Assembly (NCBI GenBank): GCA_963771885.1
Contig: CAVYVF010000023.1
Coordinates: forward strand, 704,001-768,000
DNA from: Candidatus Bathyarchaeota archaeon
GTDB lineage: Archaea > Thermoproteota > Bathyarchaeia > TCS64
Reading direction: 5' to 3'
DNA length: 64,000 nt
Part shown: positions 29,245 to 39,483 of the stretch, piece by piece
Numbering within the stretch: the first letter of the stretch is position 1
Layout of the letters: each line of letters begins with the position of its first letter
Position numbers and translations under genes: made by a program
The notes under the pieces: generated by a model
Told to the model about the DNA's origin: nothing
What the model saw: the letters and a program-made list of their open reading frames with translations, nothing else
Databases searched by the model: none

Positions 29245-29553
29245 TAGGTTGAGATACTCACTCCCTTACTGACACAGCTCGGAGTAGGTGGCGTCGCGGG
29301 GCTCTGCACAGGGTATGCCCTGAAGAAGATGGGGAAGAACGTCGCCTTCATCGTTGGTATAATGTTCATAGGCCTAGAGCTGCTCGCCTACAAGGGTAAA
29401 ATCAACATCAACTACGACGCGCTCCAGCAGTGAGGGAGCGAGCTGTTCGGTCAGGTCGGTGCACTCGAGGGCGTGTTGACCCTTATCATCGCCAACCTGC
29501 CGTTTGCCGCCATCTTCCTCGTTGGGCTAGCCATCGGCCTTAAGATGGGTTGA
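29245..29553 (+). pseudogene. FUN14-family membrane protein pseudogene (not in ORF track)
   Basis: VEILTPLLTQLGVGGVAGLCTGYALKK...LAYKGKININYDALQQ*GSEL...NLPFAAIFLVGLAIGLKMG; in-frame TGA 29431-33, and TAG where a start codon is expected. Confidence 0.8.
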
Positions 29554-30076
29554 GCCGCGCGCAATAGATCGTCTCGAAGAACAGCCTCTTCTCACCCAGA
29601 ATCTCCCAGTCGTAGTCGAACCTGTAACCCGTGAGCCCTGTCTCTGAGGAGTAGACTAGGAGTATGGAGCCGCCGGGTGAGAGGTGGTCGTGCGCCGCGG
29701 CGAGAAACCTCTCAATGACCTCGGCGCCCCTCTCGCCTCCTGCCCATGCTAAATCATCGAGACTTCCCTCCGAGGGGAGGTACGGCGCGTTGAATAGAAT
29801 CCAGTCGAAGCTCCCCTCAACCTTCTCGAAGAGGTCCGACTGTACAAAAGTGATCTTAGCGAGGACCCCCGCCTCAGCCGCCCTCCTCCCGGCGGCTTTA
29901 AGCGCCTCGGGGTTGATGTCCACGGCTACCACCTGCGTGACACTAGTCTTCTCCGCTGCCGTCACCGCCTGTATACCACTCCCCGTCCCCATGTCGAGCA
30001 CTCTCCCAGTGGCGAACCTTCCCACGAAGCCCTGGAGCAGGTACGAGTCCTCGCCGGGACGGTAGACGGAGTCCAC
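29540..30076 (-). CDS. HemK2/Mtq2-family SAM-dependent methyltransferase
   Basis: VYRPGEDSYLL, LDMGTGSG; NAPY in place of NPPY. Confidence 0.9.
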   Translation of the reverse strand: MDSVYRPGEDSYLLQGFVGRFATGRVLDMGTGSGIQAVTAAEKTSVTQVVAVDINPEALKAAGRRAAEAGVLAKITFVQSDLFEKVEGSFDWILFNAPYLPSEGSLDDLAWAGGERGAEVIERFLAAAHDHLSPGGSILLVYSSETGLTGYRFDYDWEILGEKRLFFETIYCARLNPS

Positions 30077-30212
30077 GCAACCACATCCACGCAGGGCTAA
30101 ATGGGCGTTGCGGCTGGTACTGTAAGCGTCTCACTACTTCATTTCATTAAAAAATAAACGTTGCGCACGCGAGCTCGGTGCCATAAAAGGGCCGTAGAGG
30201 CCCTCTACTAGG

Positions 30213-31667
30213 CTAATAGGTTCTCGAGACGTAGGCTACACTCTTAGCCGGATCACCGCAGACTATGCAGGGGCCCGTCGGCTCCTCCTTGTGGTCCCAG
30301 AGTGTGCCCCTGATCTCTCCGCTGACCTGCTCCTTGAGCCTCTCGGAGCAGTTCATGTCACCGCACCAGTTTATGCGGACGAGCTTTTTCTGCTCCATGT
30401 AGTCGCGCAGCTCCTCGGTGGTGTTCGCCGTAGCGAGGCGGTCCTCGAGGACCTTCCTGCTCCTCGTGGCGAGGTTCTCCTGTATCGCGGCGAAGAGCGC
30501 CCTCGTGGCGGCGGGGAGGTCTTTGAGCTCTGCCTTGCTCTTCTCGGAGGTGTCCCTCCTGACGAAGGTGACGGTCTTGGAGTCTGCCTCGCGGGGCCCT
30601 ACCTCGATGCGGAGCGGGACGCCGAACATCTCCCACTTGTAGTACTTCTCGCCTGGGCGGAGGCGATCATCGTCGTCGAGCACAGCCCTGATTCCGGCGT
30701 CTATGAGCGTCTTGACGACCTCCTTCGCGTAGCCCCTTGCGATCTCCTCCTTGCCCTTGACGGGGATGGGTATGACTACGGCCTGCTTCGGTGCCACTAT
30801 CGGCGGTAGGACGAGCCCGTGGTCGTCGCCGTGCTGGCTTATCACCGCGGCGAGGGTTCTACCGAAGCCCATTCCGTAGCAGGTGTTCGTCGCGTTGACC
30901 TGCTCGCCTTTCTCGTTCTCGTATGTGATCTCGAAGGCTTTGCCAAAGTTGTAGCCAAGCTGGTGGACAGTGCCGATCTGGTTAGACTTGCCGTCTGGGT
31001 TCCACGCGTCGAAGGCTACGCTGTAGTCTGCGCCGGCGAACTTGTCGAAGTCTGGGCGCTTGAGGCGTATGTAGGCGAGGCCGAGGGCGTCGTAGACCTG
31101 ACTGTAGATGTCGATCGCCATCCTGACGTTTGCCTCCGCCTCCTCGTAGGTCGCGTGGGCGGTGTGCCCCTCGTTCCAGAGGAACTCTCGCCCTCTGTAG
31201 AGCGGGCGAGTCGCCTTAGTCTCATAGCGGTAGACGTTGCAGGTCTGGTTCATGCGTATCGGGAGGTCGGCGTGGCTCCTCGTCCAGAGCTTGAACATAG
31301 GGTAGATGGCGGTCTCGCTCGTCGGGCGAAGCACCAGCCTCCTCTCCAACTCGTTCTCTCCGGCGTGGGTGATCCAGAAGACCTCGGCGCTGAAGCCCTT
31401 GATGTGCTCCTCCTCCTTCTGGAAGCTGTCCTCGGGTATGACTACCGGGAACTGCATGGGGTCGTGCCCCGAGGCATCCAGCTTCTCCTCAAGCATCGCG
31501 ATTATCCGCTTCGCCGTCGCGAAGCCCCACCCTGTGTAGACGGTGAAGCCCTTGACGGGGTAGCGGTCGTCCGCTATCTTTGCCTCTAGTAATATGTTAT
31601 CGTACCACTCGCTGAAGTTCTCCTTCTTCACGAGTTCCTTCTTATCTGAGGATTTGTTCCCGGTCAT
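30213..31667 (-). CDS. proS: Proline--tRNA ligase, archaeal/eukaryal type
   Basis: FSEWY, LRPTSET, RYETK..REFLW.EGHT, C-terminal Zn motif. Confidence 0.97.
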   Translation of the reverse strand: MTGNKSSDKKELVKKENFSEWYDNILLEAKIADDRYPVKGFTVYTGWGFATAKRIIAMLEEKLDASGHDPMQFPVVIPEDSFQKEEEHIKGFSAEVFWITHAGENELERRLVLRPTSETAIYPMFKLWTRSHADLPIRMNQTCNVYRYETKATRPLYRGREFLWNEGHTAHATYEEAEANVRMAIDIYSQVYDALGLAYIRLKRPDFDKFAGADYSVAFDAWNPDGKSNQIGTVHQLGYNFGKAFEITYENEKGEQVNATNTCYGMGFGRTLAAVISQHGDDHGLVLPPIVAPKQAVVIPIPVKGKEEIARGYAKEVVKTLIDAGIRAVLDDDDRLRPGEKYYKWEMFGVPLRIEVGPREADSKTVTFVRRDTSEKSKAELKDLPAATRALFAAIQENLATRSRKVLEDRLATANTTEELRDYMEQKKLVRINWCGDMNCSERLKEQVSGEIRGTLWDHKEEPTGPCIVCGDPAKSVAYVSRTY

Positions 31668-31799
31668 TGTTCCTCAACCCTTCGAGGGGGATGGGGGTGA
31701 TTAAAAAGGTGTTGCGTTTGCGACCTTTTTTAGTGAGAAAAACTTTAAAAAAACTGATTCTCGCGCGGGCTTGTCCCGCATGCAGCTCACTTGTCTGGC

Positions 31800-31967
31800 T
31801 TAGTACCTTCTCGGTGGCCTGTGCTTAGCGAAGCATTCGTTGCAGTAGACGGGCCTGCCCTCGGTCGGCTTGAAGGGAACATCACATTCCTTTCCGCAGT
31901 CCGAGCAGGTCGTCTTGTGCATCTCCCGTGGTCCACGGTCGAAGCTGCGCCTCTCGCGGTAATCCAT
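31800..31967 (-). CDS. CxxC-x17-CxxC domain small protein (55 aa, not in ORF track)
   Basis: MDYRERRSFDRGPREMHKTTCSDCGKECDVPFKPTEGRPVYCNECFAKHRPPRRY, preceded by SD AAGGAG. Confidence 0.9.
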   Translation of the reverse strand: MDYRERRSFDRGPREMHKTTCSDCGKECDVPFKPTEGRPVYCNECFAKHRPPRRY

Positions 31968-31971
31968 TTCT

Positions 31972-32050
31972 TTTTACACTCCTTGTATAGTCGGCCACCT
32001 TACGGAGCCCGATTATACGGAGAATGGGGGAGTAATTTCTTACCTTTAAA
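31972..32050 (-). promoter_or_regulatory. Promoter and 5'-terminal hairpin leader of the CxxC-x17-CxxC gene
   Basis: TTTAAA at 32045-50; hairpin GTATA-ATCGG..CC-GTAA-GG..CCGA-C-TATAC followed by AAGGAGTGTAAAA. Confidence 0.55.
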
Positions 32051-32208
32051 TCTATGTATGTTTTTAAGGCGTATTTCGTGAGATGTTTCATACTTTTTTT
32101 TCCTTCATTTATAAAAATAGTGGAAAAGCCGATACAGTTAGTTTCGGGAGTCTCTCGTAAGTGTATTAGATATTGTTTTTATCTGACCCGACTGAAGGTC
32201 TATCCGCC

Positions 32209-35076
32209 TTGGCCGAGGGAAACGTCTTCCAGCTGCTCTGCAGGCCCGTTCGGCGTCTCCTAGAGGAGCGTGGGTTCACTGAGCCGACTGAGCCGCAGAA
32301 GAGGATGATACCGCTCATCCTCGAGGGGAAGAACGTGCTCCTCATCTCGGCGACGGCAACGGGAAAGACCGAGGCGGCGATGTTGCCCGTCATGGATCGG
32401 TTCCTCATGTCGGGGCAGAGGAGGCCGGGGATAAGCATCCTCTACATAACGCCGCTCCGCGCCTTGAACCGGGACATACTCGACAGGATGACCTACTGGT
32501 GCAACCGACTGGACATTAAGCTGGGGATACGCCACGGGGACACGGGCACTCAGGAGAGGAACCGGCAGAGATCGAGTCCCCCTGACATGCTCATCACGAC
32601 CCCCGAGACGCTCCAGGCGATTCTCCTTGGCAGGACTCTCAAGCAATACCTGAAGAGCGTCCGTTGGATAGTCATCGACGAGATACACGAGCTTGCCGAC
32701 AACAAGAGAGGGAGCCAGCTCGCCGTCGCTCTGGAGAGACTCAGGGAGCTCACCCTCCAGCCACCCCAGATGATCGGGCTGAGCGCGACGATTGGTAGCC
32801 CAGAGAAGGTGGCGGCATTCCTAGCTGGCGCCAACAGGCCCGTGGAGACAGTCCAGGTCTCCGCCCTAAGGGAGACGAGGTTCGAGATAGTCTTCCCTGA
32901 GCCGGAGGCAGAGGACTTCGAGACAGCGACGACACTCTTCACGCATCCCGAGGTCTCGGCTCGTCTACGCGCTATACGGCGACTCATCGAGGAGCACCAA
33001 ACTACCCTCGTCTTCACGAACACGCGCAGCACGAGCGAGATGCTTGCGAGCCGCTTCAACCTCTGGGACACGGATTTTCCAGTCAGCATCCACCACGGCT
33101 CCCTCGCCAAGTCAAGCAGGATAGCGGCGGAGCAGGGGCTCAAGGAGGGTAACCTGCGCACTGTCATCTGCACGAGCAGCCTCGAGCTTGGCATAGACAT
33201 CGGTAGCATCGACCTCGTCATCCAATACAACAGCCCGAGGCAAGTCACACGCCTACTCCAGCGTGTTGGGCGAAGCGGCCACCGCCTCGGCAGGGTCAGT
33301 AAGGGAGTCATAATCAGCCTGAACAGCGATGACGCCTTCGAGTCGATGGTCATTTGCCGGCGTGCCCTCGGGGAGATAATGGAGCCGCTACGCGTCCCCG
33401 AGAAGCCCTACGACGTAATGGTCAACCAGATGACGGCGGAGCTCATGGCGCGGGGTAGGCTCTACTTCCTGCAGGTCGCCAACCTCTTCAAGGGCGCCTA
33501 TCCATTCCGCGACGTCACAACCGAGGACGTGAAGTTCGTCGCGGGTTACATGCACAACCGGTTCCCCCGCCTCGCCTGGGTCAACCCCGAGGACGAGGTC
33601 ATCATCCGACCGCGCGGCAGCCGCAAGACCATCTACACCTACTTCTTCAACAACCTTAGCATGATTCCCGACGAGAAGGACTACCTCGTACTAGAGGCGA
33701 AGGACGAGTCCCCCGTGGGTGTGCTCCAGGAGGCTTTCGTCGCGGAGTATGGAAAGCCAGGTGTTAAGTTCACCCTCAGAGGTAGGGCGTGGAAGATACT
33801 CAACGTCCACAACGACAAGATATACGTCAAGGCGGAGGATGACCCAACGGGCGCCATCCCGAGCTGGATCGGGGAGGAGATACCAGTGCCGATGGAAGTC
33901 GCTCTCGAGGTCGGCAGAGTCAAGGCGCAGATCGAGGACAGGCTCAACACCGGCGAGACGCCAAAGACAATAGCCGCGAAACTCGCCGAGGTCTACCCCG
34001 CCTCGCAGTCCACGATGGAGCGCGCCATCAGGGAGCAGGTCGACCACCACAAAGCCGGGTTCCCCGCCCCCACAGACAAGCGCGTACTCCTCGAGGAGTG
34101 GGAGGACAACGTCCTTATACACGCCAACTTTGGCACACTCGTCAATCGTACACTCGCCCGGGTCATCGGTCACATCATAAGCGAGGAGACAGGCTACCCC
34201 GTCGGTGTCCAGCAGGAGACGTACATGATGGCGACGCAGACCGTCGGCGAGATAGATACCCGATACGTAGCCCGGATGCTCAAAACCCTCGCCAACAAGG
34301 ACGTAGAAAAGATCATCGAAGACGCCGTGACGAAGACGGGTCTATTCAAGAGGCGCCTCATCAACGTCGCCCGCAAAGCGGGGGCTCTCAGCAAGTTTGC
34401 CGACTTCAGCAACATCACCCTCGGCCGCCTGCTGAAGAGCTTCGAGAACTCGGCCGTATACGAGGAGGCGCTCAAGGACACGTACAGGCTCGACCTCGAC
34501 GTTGAGGGTACCGCCACCCTTCTCCGGAAGATGGCGGAGGGGGAGATTGAGGTGGTCGTACTCGACACGGAGGGGCAGCTGACGCCGCTTGGCAAGATGG
34601 CAGTCGAGGGCATCAGCATGAAGACCGACATAGTCCCCCCCGAGAAGATGGACAGGATCATCATGGAGTCGGCCAAGGCGCGCCTATACGCCGAGACGCG
34701 AGTACTCGCCTGCCAGGGCAAGCACGACTGGGTCGACCAGCAGCGGGTACGCGACCTCCCCGAGAAGCTCGTCTGCCCCACCTGTGGCTCGACGGAGATC
34801 GCCGTCTACGACCGCCCCATCGAGGAGGTCCAAGAGCTGCTCGCCCAGGACCGGAGCCGAAGCACGAAGGAGAAACCAAAGTGGTGGACGAGGGGAAAGG
34901 ACGTCTCCAAGCTCGTATCCATGTACGGGCGCAGAGCCGCCATCATAGGCTCGGCGAAGCGCGTCGACCTCACAGCCGCGTGGGACATACTCGCCCAGAC
35001 CGAGGGCGAAACCGACGAGTTCTTCACAAAGATCGTCGAGGCGGAGCGGGACGCGCTGAAGAAGCGCTTCGTCTAG
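32209..35076 (+). CDS. lhr: Lhr-family DEAD/DEAH-box helicase with C-terminal Zn motif
   Basis: ATGKT, TPLRAL, TTPET, DEIH, SAT, HHGSL, LELGIDIG, QRVGRSGH; start TTG 32209 inferred. Confidence 0.93.
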   Translation: MAEGNVFQLLCRPVRRLLEERGFTEPTEPQKRMIPLILEGKNVLLISATATGKTEAAMLPVMDRFLMSGQRRPGISILYITPLRALNRDILDRMTYWCNRLDIKLGIRHGDTGTQERNRQRSSPPDMLITTPETLQAILLGRTLKQYLKSVRWIVIDEIHELADNKRGSQLAVALERLRELTLQPPQMIGLSATIGSPEKVAAFLAGANRPVETVQVSALRETRFEIVFPEPEAEDFETATTLFTHPEVSARLRAIRRLIEEHQTTLVFTNTRSTSEMLASRFNLWDTDFPVSIHHGSLAKSSRIAAEQGLKEGNLRTVICTSSLELGIDIGSIDLVIQYNSPRQVTRLLQRVGRSGHRLGRVSKGVIISLNSDDAFESMVICRRALGEIMEPLRVPEKPYDVMVNQMTAELMARGRLYFLQVANLFKGAYPFRDVTTEDVKFVAGYMHNRFPRLAWVNPEDEVIIRPRGSRKTIYTYFFNNLSMIPDEKDYLVLEAKDESPVGVLQEAFVAEYGKPGVKFTLRGRAWKILNVHNDKIYVKAEDDPTGAIPSWIGEEIPVPMEVALEVGRVKAQIEDRLNTGETPKTIAAKLAEVYPASQSTMERAIREQVDHHKAGFPAPTDKRVLLEEWEDNVLIHANFGTLVNRTLARVIGHIISEETGYPVGVQQETYMMATQTVGEIDTRYVARMLKTLANKDVEKIIEDAVTKTGLFKRRLINVARKAGALSKFADFSNITLGRLLKSFENSAVYEEALKDTYRLDLDVEGTATLLRKMAEGEIEVVVLDTEGQLTPLGKMAVEGISMKTDIVPPEKMDRIIMESAKARLYAETRVLACQGKHDWVDQQRVRDLPEKLVCPTCGSTEIAVYDRPIEEVQELLAQDRSRSTKEKPKWWTRGKDVSKLVSMYGRRAAIIGSAKRVDLTAAWDILAQTEGETDEFFTKIVEAERDALKKRFV

Positions 35077-35456
35077 GGGCGAAGAGAAACCTTCCCCATA
35101 TAGAACGTCGGCGTGTAAGACACCCACGTCATGGAGTCCTTCACAAACACGAGCGAGTCCCCGTGTCTGTAGATTATCTTCGCCCCACTCTCCTCTATCG
35201 CGTGTACGAAGGCGGTCAGCGAGTCGACGGTTATCACCTCCGTGGGTGTCGGCTGCTTGGTGAATCGCATCTGAGGCATGAGGTTTGGGTCGTCGCCTCT
35301 GTCCGTGAAGATGGTCGCGCCTGTCTTCCCTACCCAGTTGGATATCTGCATCCAGCCCATCTGGACGTTTTCAATAGGCGGCGTGTTGTAGAACGCGAGC
35401 AGCCCCCAGATGGCGACGAGCAGCCCGATGATTATTATGTCCTTCCTCCCGATCAT
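35073..35456 (-). CDS. Hypothetical membrane-anchored protein
   Basis: N-terminal TM segment IIIIGLLVAIWGLLAF; fills the gap between known genes. Confidence 0.65.
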   Translation of the reverse strand: MIGRKDIIIIGLLVAIWGLLAFYNTPPIENVQMGWMQISNWVGKTGATIFTDRGDDPNLMPQMRFTKQPTPTEVITVDSLTAFVHAIEESGAKIIYRHGDSLVFVKDSMTWVSYTPTFYMGKVSLRP

Positions 35457-35556
35457 CGTCAGCACCCTGTATTGTTTTCTCAGACCTAGAATTGAACCTA
35501 TTTGTTTTGGGCTGAGCGAAGATTTTAACCCAACTGGTCACCCCTCTCTTCTCGAC

Positions 35557-36222
35557 ATGAAGAAGATAGGGATGCTCACGATCGGGCAGTCGCCCCGCAC
35601 AGACATCCTCCCCGGACTCATGGAGATACTCGGGAAGGACATCGAGATAGTCGAGGCGGGTGCCCTCGACGGGAAGACGATGGAGGACGTCAAGAAGATA
35701 CCCCTCCGTGTCGAGGACTACATACTCGTCAGCAGGATGAGGGACGGCACAGAGATCAAGATCACGAAGAAGTACATCCTCCCCCTAATGCAGGAGAAAC
35801 TCGACTACCTAGAGAATCAGGGGATACGCCTCACAGTCGTCATGTGCACGGGCAACTTCCCACAGTTCAAGTCGAAGGGCCTCGTCATCACCCCGAAGGA
35901 GATCCTCAAGGGCGTTATGGAGGGTAGCATAAAGAAGGGACGCCTAGGAGTCGTCTACCCCACGGCAGAGCAGATGCCAATGGCTGAGGGAGAGTGGGGG
36001 AGACCAGGCGTCGAGATATACCCCGACACCGTCAGCCCATACGAGCCAAAGGACGTCGAGGGACTCTGCAAGCGCCTCGCCGCCGAGAAGCTAGACCTCG
36101 TCCTCTTAAACTGCTTCGGTTTCCCAACCGAGATAAAGAAGAAGATTCAGAAGGCGACCGGCAAACCGGTGGTCCAGGCGAACACGCTCGTAGCCCACGT
36201 ACTCGCCGAGTTCATCAACTAG
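35557..36222 (+). CDS. AroM family protein
   Basis: LTIGQSPRTD, EAGALDG, LVSRMRDG, MCTGNFP, NCFGF. Confidence 0.88.
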   Translation: MKKIGMLTIGQSPRTDILPGLMEILGKDIEIVEAGALDGKTMEDVKKIPLRVEDYILVSRMRDGTEIKITKKYILPLMQEKLDYLENQGIRLTVVMCTGNFPQFKSKGLVITPKEILKGVMEGSIKKGRLGVVYPTAEQMPMAEGEWGRPGVEIYPDTVSPYEPKDVEGLCKRLAAEKLDLVLLNCFGFPTEIKKKIQKATGKPVVQANTLVAHVLAEFIN

Positions 36223-36953
36223 GGCTTCTTCTTCCCGTACTCCTCGGGCTCCCCGTAGTCGGGGAGGTTCTCACCCGGCAGGGGCCCTACCTCCCTCTCG
36301 GGAGGCTCGGGTTCCTCGCCGGTGAGCGACGGGGGGAGAACCCTGTCCTTGCGTAGGTTCTTTGCGACGACGTATACCTCGGCGCTCCCCTTCCGGGAGG
36401 CCAACGGCTTGACGATGAAGACTTTCTCGAACATCGCCCGCATCTCCCTGATGTAGGCCTCGTGCTCCTTCCCCTGGAATATCTTGACAACCATCCAGCC
36501 ATCCGACCTGAGTAGCCTGTCGGCGATGCTGAGTGCCATGCGTGCGAGATGTATCTGGCGCAGGTCGTCCACCTCCCAGACACCCATAACGTTCTGCGCC
36601 ATGTCGCTCATGACTACATCCGCCTTCTCCCCCTCGAACCGGGAGAGGATGTCCGCCTGCACCTCCGGGTCCCTTACGTCGCCGACGATGGTCTCGACGT
36701 TCTCCATATAGAGGGACTCTATCTCCTTGAGATCGACGCCGAGAACGAGCCCGCCCTCTATCGACTCGCCGGCGACCTGGAGCCAGCCCCCGGGTGCAGC
36801 GCCGAGGTCCAACACCCTCTTCGCGCCCTCGAAGAAGTGGAACTCGTCGTCGAGCTGCTTGAGCTTGTAGCTCGCCCTACTTCGGTAGCCCTCGGCCTTG
36901 GCCTTGTTGTAGTAGTGCTCGGTTTTGCGCTCGTGTAGCCATCTGCTAGGCAT
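36219..36953 (-). CDS. rlmE: 23S rRNA 2'-O-methyltransferase RlmE/FtsJ
   Basis: GYRSRASYKL, LDLGAAPGGW, SDMA, KPLASRKGSAEVY. Confidence 0.95.
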   Translation of the reverse strand: MPSRWLHERKTEHYYNKAKAEGYRSRASYKLKQLDDEFHFFEGAKRVLDLGAAPGGWLQVAGESIEGGLVLGVDLKEIESLYMENVETIVGDVRDPEVQADILSRFEGEKADVVMSDMAQNVMGVWEVDDLRQIHLARMALSIADRLLRSDGWMVVKIFQGKEHEAYIREMRAMFEKVFIVKPLASRKGSAEVYVVAKNLRKDRVLPPSLTGEEPEPPEREVGPLPGENLPDYGEPEEYGKKKP

Positions 36954-36978
36954 GGGCTTTCGATCCCCTTCGCGGGGC

Positions 36979-38163
36979 TTATCCTTTAATAACGTTTGTT
37001 AAGTCGGCGGCGGTGGCGCTCGTCCTTATACCACGGGGGTCGAAGTGTGTCCGCGCCACTCTGAACCCAGCGGTGGAGAGCCTCTCGAGGACTACCGCCA
37101 TGTTGAGGCTCGACGTGCCCGCGCGCCTGCTGAACTCGTCGAGGTGAAAGTAGGTGGGTGGAAATCCGATCTCTCCCCTGATTGTCTCGACGAGATGGAT
37201 GAGGCGCGGCTCCCAGCCCCCGATCTTGACCGCCTTTTCAAGCATTTTCCCCGTGAAGGCGTCGTCTGCGAGGTCACTGAGCCACATGGGGCCGCCGACG
37301 ACCATCGGGCCGCCGCACGCGAGGCAGTTCCTCGACGCCTTGAGATAGGCACCTTTCACGGCCTCCCTATGCAGGCACCGGGGGCAGTGGACGATGTGGC
37401 CCATCTCGGTGAGTGCAGCGTCAGCGGGCTTCGCGCCGTGCTCAAGGGTGAGGTAGACGCGTATGTAGTGGTCGGCGTAGTAACTGAATAGGGGTCTTAC
37501 ACCCATCTCATGTATGGCTGCTGCCCGTACTGCTGCACCGACTAGGAGGCGGAGCGCTACCTCGTGGGTGTAGACCGTCCTCAGCGGCTTCCCTCCATAC
37601 TTGCGTAGGCATGCCGTTGGGCTCACCCCGCATAGGGGCGCCATGTCCGTCGCGGTGAGCGCGATGATCCCCCCGTCCCTCATGGCGCGTACCGTCGAGT
37701 CGAGGAACTCCGACGGCGAGCCGAAGGGGTCGATGTCAACGTAGTCGAGCCTATTCATCGGGCTGCTGTGGAGGTTGAGCATGAGGTTCGCGTCCATGAA
37801 GCGGACGATCACCCTGTCGGCGACGCCGTTACGCAGGGCGTTCTCCTCGGATATCTGCACGCCGCTCGGATTCAGATCCCCCATGAGGACCTTTCCCGCC
37901 TCTGCCTCGAGGACGAGACGCACGCCCCGTACCCCGACGCCGCACATCGGTTCACACGCCTCGACGGGGCGCCCAAGCCTCTCCCCGAGGACGATGGCGG
38001 CGAGGACCGCGGTGTCTCTGTTGAGCCTCATGAGGGGGTTGTAGAAGACGGCTGCCCTGCTTCTGGCGTGGTCGAGCGGCTCCCCCTCCCCTCTCGCGAT
38101 TGTTGGGACGAGGAGCTTCGCCGCGCCTTCCTGCGCCTCCTCGACGGGGAACCAGAAGCCCAT
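36979..38163 (-). CDS. trm1: tRNA G26 N2,N2-dimethyltransferase
   Basis: VFYNPLMRLNRD, DIDPFGSP, TATD, Zn motif, RTHF. Confidence 0.95.
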   Translation of the reverse strand: MGFWFPVEEAQEGAAKLLVPTIARGEGEPLDHARSRAAVFYNPLMRLNRDTAVLAAIVLGERLGRPVEACEPMCGVGVRGVRLVLEAEAGKVLMGDLNPSGVQISEENALRNGVADRVIVRFMDANLMLNLHSSPMNRLDYVDIDPFGSPSEFLDSTVRAMRDGGIIALTATDMAPLCGVSPTACLRKYGGKPLRTVYTHEVALRLLVGAAVRAAAIHEMGVRPLFSYYADHYIRVYLTLEHGAKPADAALTEMGHIVHCPRCLHREAVKGAYLKASRNCLACGGPMVVGGPMWLSDLADDAFTGKMLEKAVKIGGWEPRLIHLVETIRGEIGFPPTYFHLDEFSRRAGTSSLNMAVVLERLSTAGFRVARTHFDPRGIRTSATAADLTNVIKG

Positions 38164-38399
38164 GGCGGATGAGGTCGCGGGACCCCATTTAACCGTGTCC
38201 CCAACGCGAAGCCATAAACCCGCGGAGAACCGGACATTGCGCGCGCAGCAGTTGCCATCCTCGTAGTCGTAGCCGCAGCCATGATCATGCTCAACCGACC
38301 CGCTGCGCGCGCTCTACGACCAGGATGCACATCAGCCCTTCACGACGATGGGACTTTTCGGAAAAGACGACTCGACCTCCCCCACGTGGGAGGCGTGGC

Positions 38400-39443
38400 T
38401 CAAGCCTTGAGAGCGATCTTCTCGTCGAGGCCGAGCTCCCTGCTTATCCTCGTGATCTCCTTCCACGTATCCTCGGGGAGCTGTATACCGTCCTTGAGCC
38501 TCTGAGCCTTGCTTATCCTCTCCGGGTCACCGGGGACGAGTACCTGCTGCCCCTTCTCCGGCTTCCTGGACTTGACGATCTTGATGACCTCGCTCGACTT
38601 CTTCTTGAAGGCGTCGAGTCCGACGAATGCCTCGGGGTTTATGGCGATGCAGAAGACGCCGTTGGGGCTCGGTGGGTTCTGGCTGTCGTCCATGCTCGTC
38701 CTACTCCCCGTGAGGGCGGCGCCGAGTAGCTCCGATGCCATCTGTATACCGTAGCCCTTGTGCTCACCGAAGCCGACGAGGTAGCCGCCGTCGTAGAAGG
38801 CGTTCGGGTCGTCGGTGGGCTCCCCATTCTTGTCCCTTATCCAGTGATTGGGGACTTTAGCGTGCTTGGCTCGTGCGACGCTCAGTTTACCCGCGGCGGC
38901 GAGGCTCGTGGCGTAGTCCATCAGGAAGTTTTCACCCGTGGCGGTGGGGGTGCTTATGCTCGCCGGGTTTGTGCCGAATGTCCTGCCTGTCCCGTGGAAG
39001 GGAGACACAAGCGGGTTGCCCACGTTGGCGAACATCATACCCACCATGTCCTGCTCCGTAGCCCACGTCGTGTAGTAGCCGAGGCGGCCGATGTGGTTGA
39101 TGTTGAAGCCCCCGACGGCTGCGACCATGCTGGTCTTCGCCTTCTCGACGGCGACCTCGATCATCTTCTTCGCCACTATCTGGCCGAAGCCCCAGCGCCC
39201 GTCGACGTAGGCGGAGGCGGGCGTCTCATTAACAATCTTGGGATTCTCCTTCGGGTGGATGTGCCCCACCTTTATCCTGTCCCCATAGACGGGGAAGTAG
39301 AAGACACCGTGGCTGTCGTGCCCGCAGAGGTTGGCCTCGACGAGGGTCTCGGCGACGAACTCGGCCTTCGCCTTCGGCGCGCCGAGTGAGACGAATATCT
39401 GGGTCCCGAGCTCCCTGAGCCCTTGGGCCTCGGTTACAATCAT
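38400..39443 (-). CDS. Type-2 malate/L-lactate dehydrogenase family oxidoreductase
   Basis: GHDSHG, NHIGRLG, GTNP, DYATS, HKGYG, VPGDPE. Confidence 0.92.
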   Translation of the reverse strand: MIVTEAQGLRELGTQIFVSLGAPKAKAEFVAETLVEANLCGHDSHGVFYFPVYGDRIKVGHIHPKENPKIVNETPASAYVDGRWGFGQIVAKKMIEVAVEKAKTSMVAAVGGFNINHIGRLGYYTTWATEQDMVGMMFANVGNPLVSPFHGTGRTFGTNPASISTPTATGENFLMDYATSLAAAGKLSVARAKHAKVPNHWIRDKNGEPTDDPNAFYDGGYLVGFGEHKGYGIQMASELLGAALTGSRTSMDDSQNPPSPNGVFCIAINPEAFVGLDAFKKKSSEVIKIVKSRKPEKGQQVLVPGDPERISKAQRLKDGIQLPEDTWKEITRISRELGLDEKIALKA

Positions 39444-39483
39444 AAAGAAGGATGCGGGCTGAGGTTGTAGAAAAGGGTTCGGC

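Noticed and set aside
29431..29433. TGA reassigned to Trp (also two TGAs in a minus-strand fragment near 59735-59890)
   Set aside because: TGA is the true stop of core genes such as spt5 and rpl1; gene decay explains these cases better
32020..32036. Similarity of GAATGGGGGAGTA to the ncRNA 5' end, suggesting an sRNA target
   Set aside because: This stretch lies between the TATA box and the predicted TSS of the CxxC gene, so it is probably not in the mRNA
38230..38400. Hydrophobic stretch AAVAILVVVAAAMIML suggesting a small membrane gene
   Set aside because: No convincing start codon or coherent continuation
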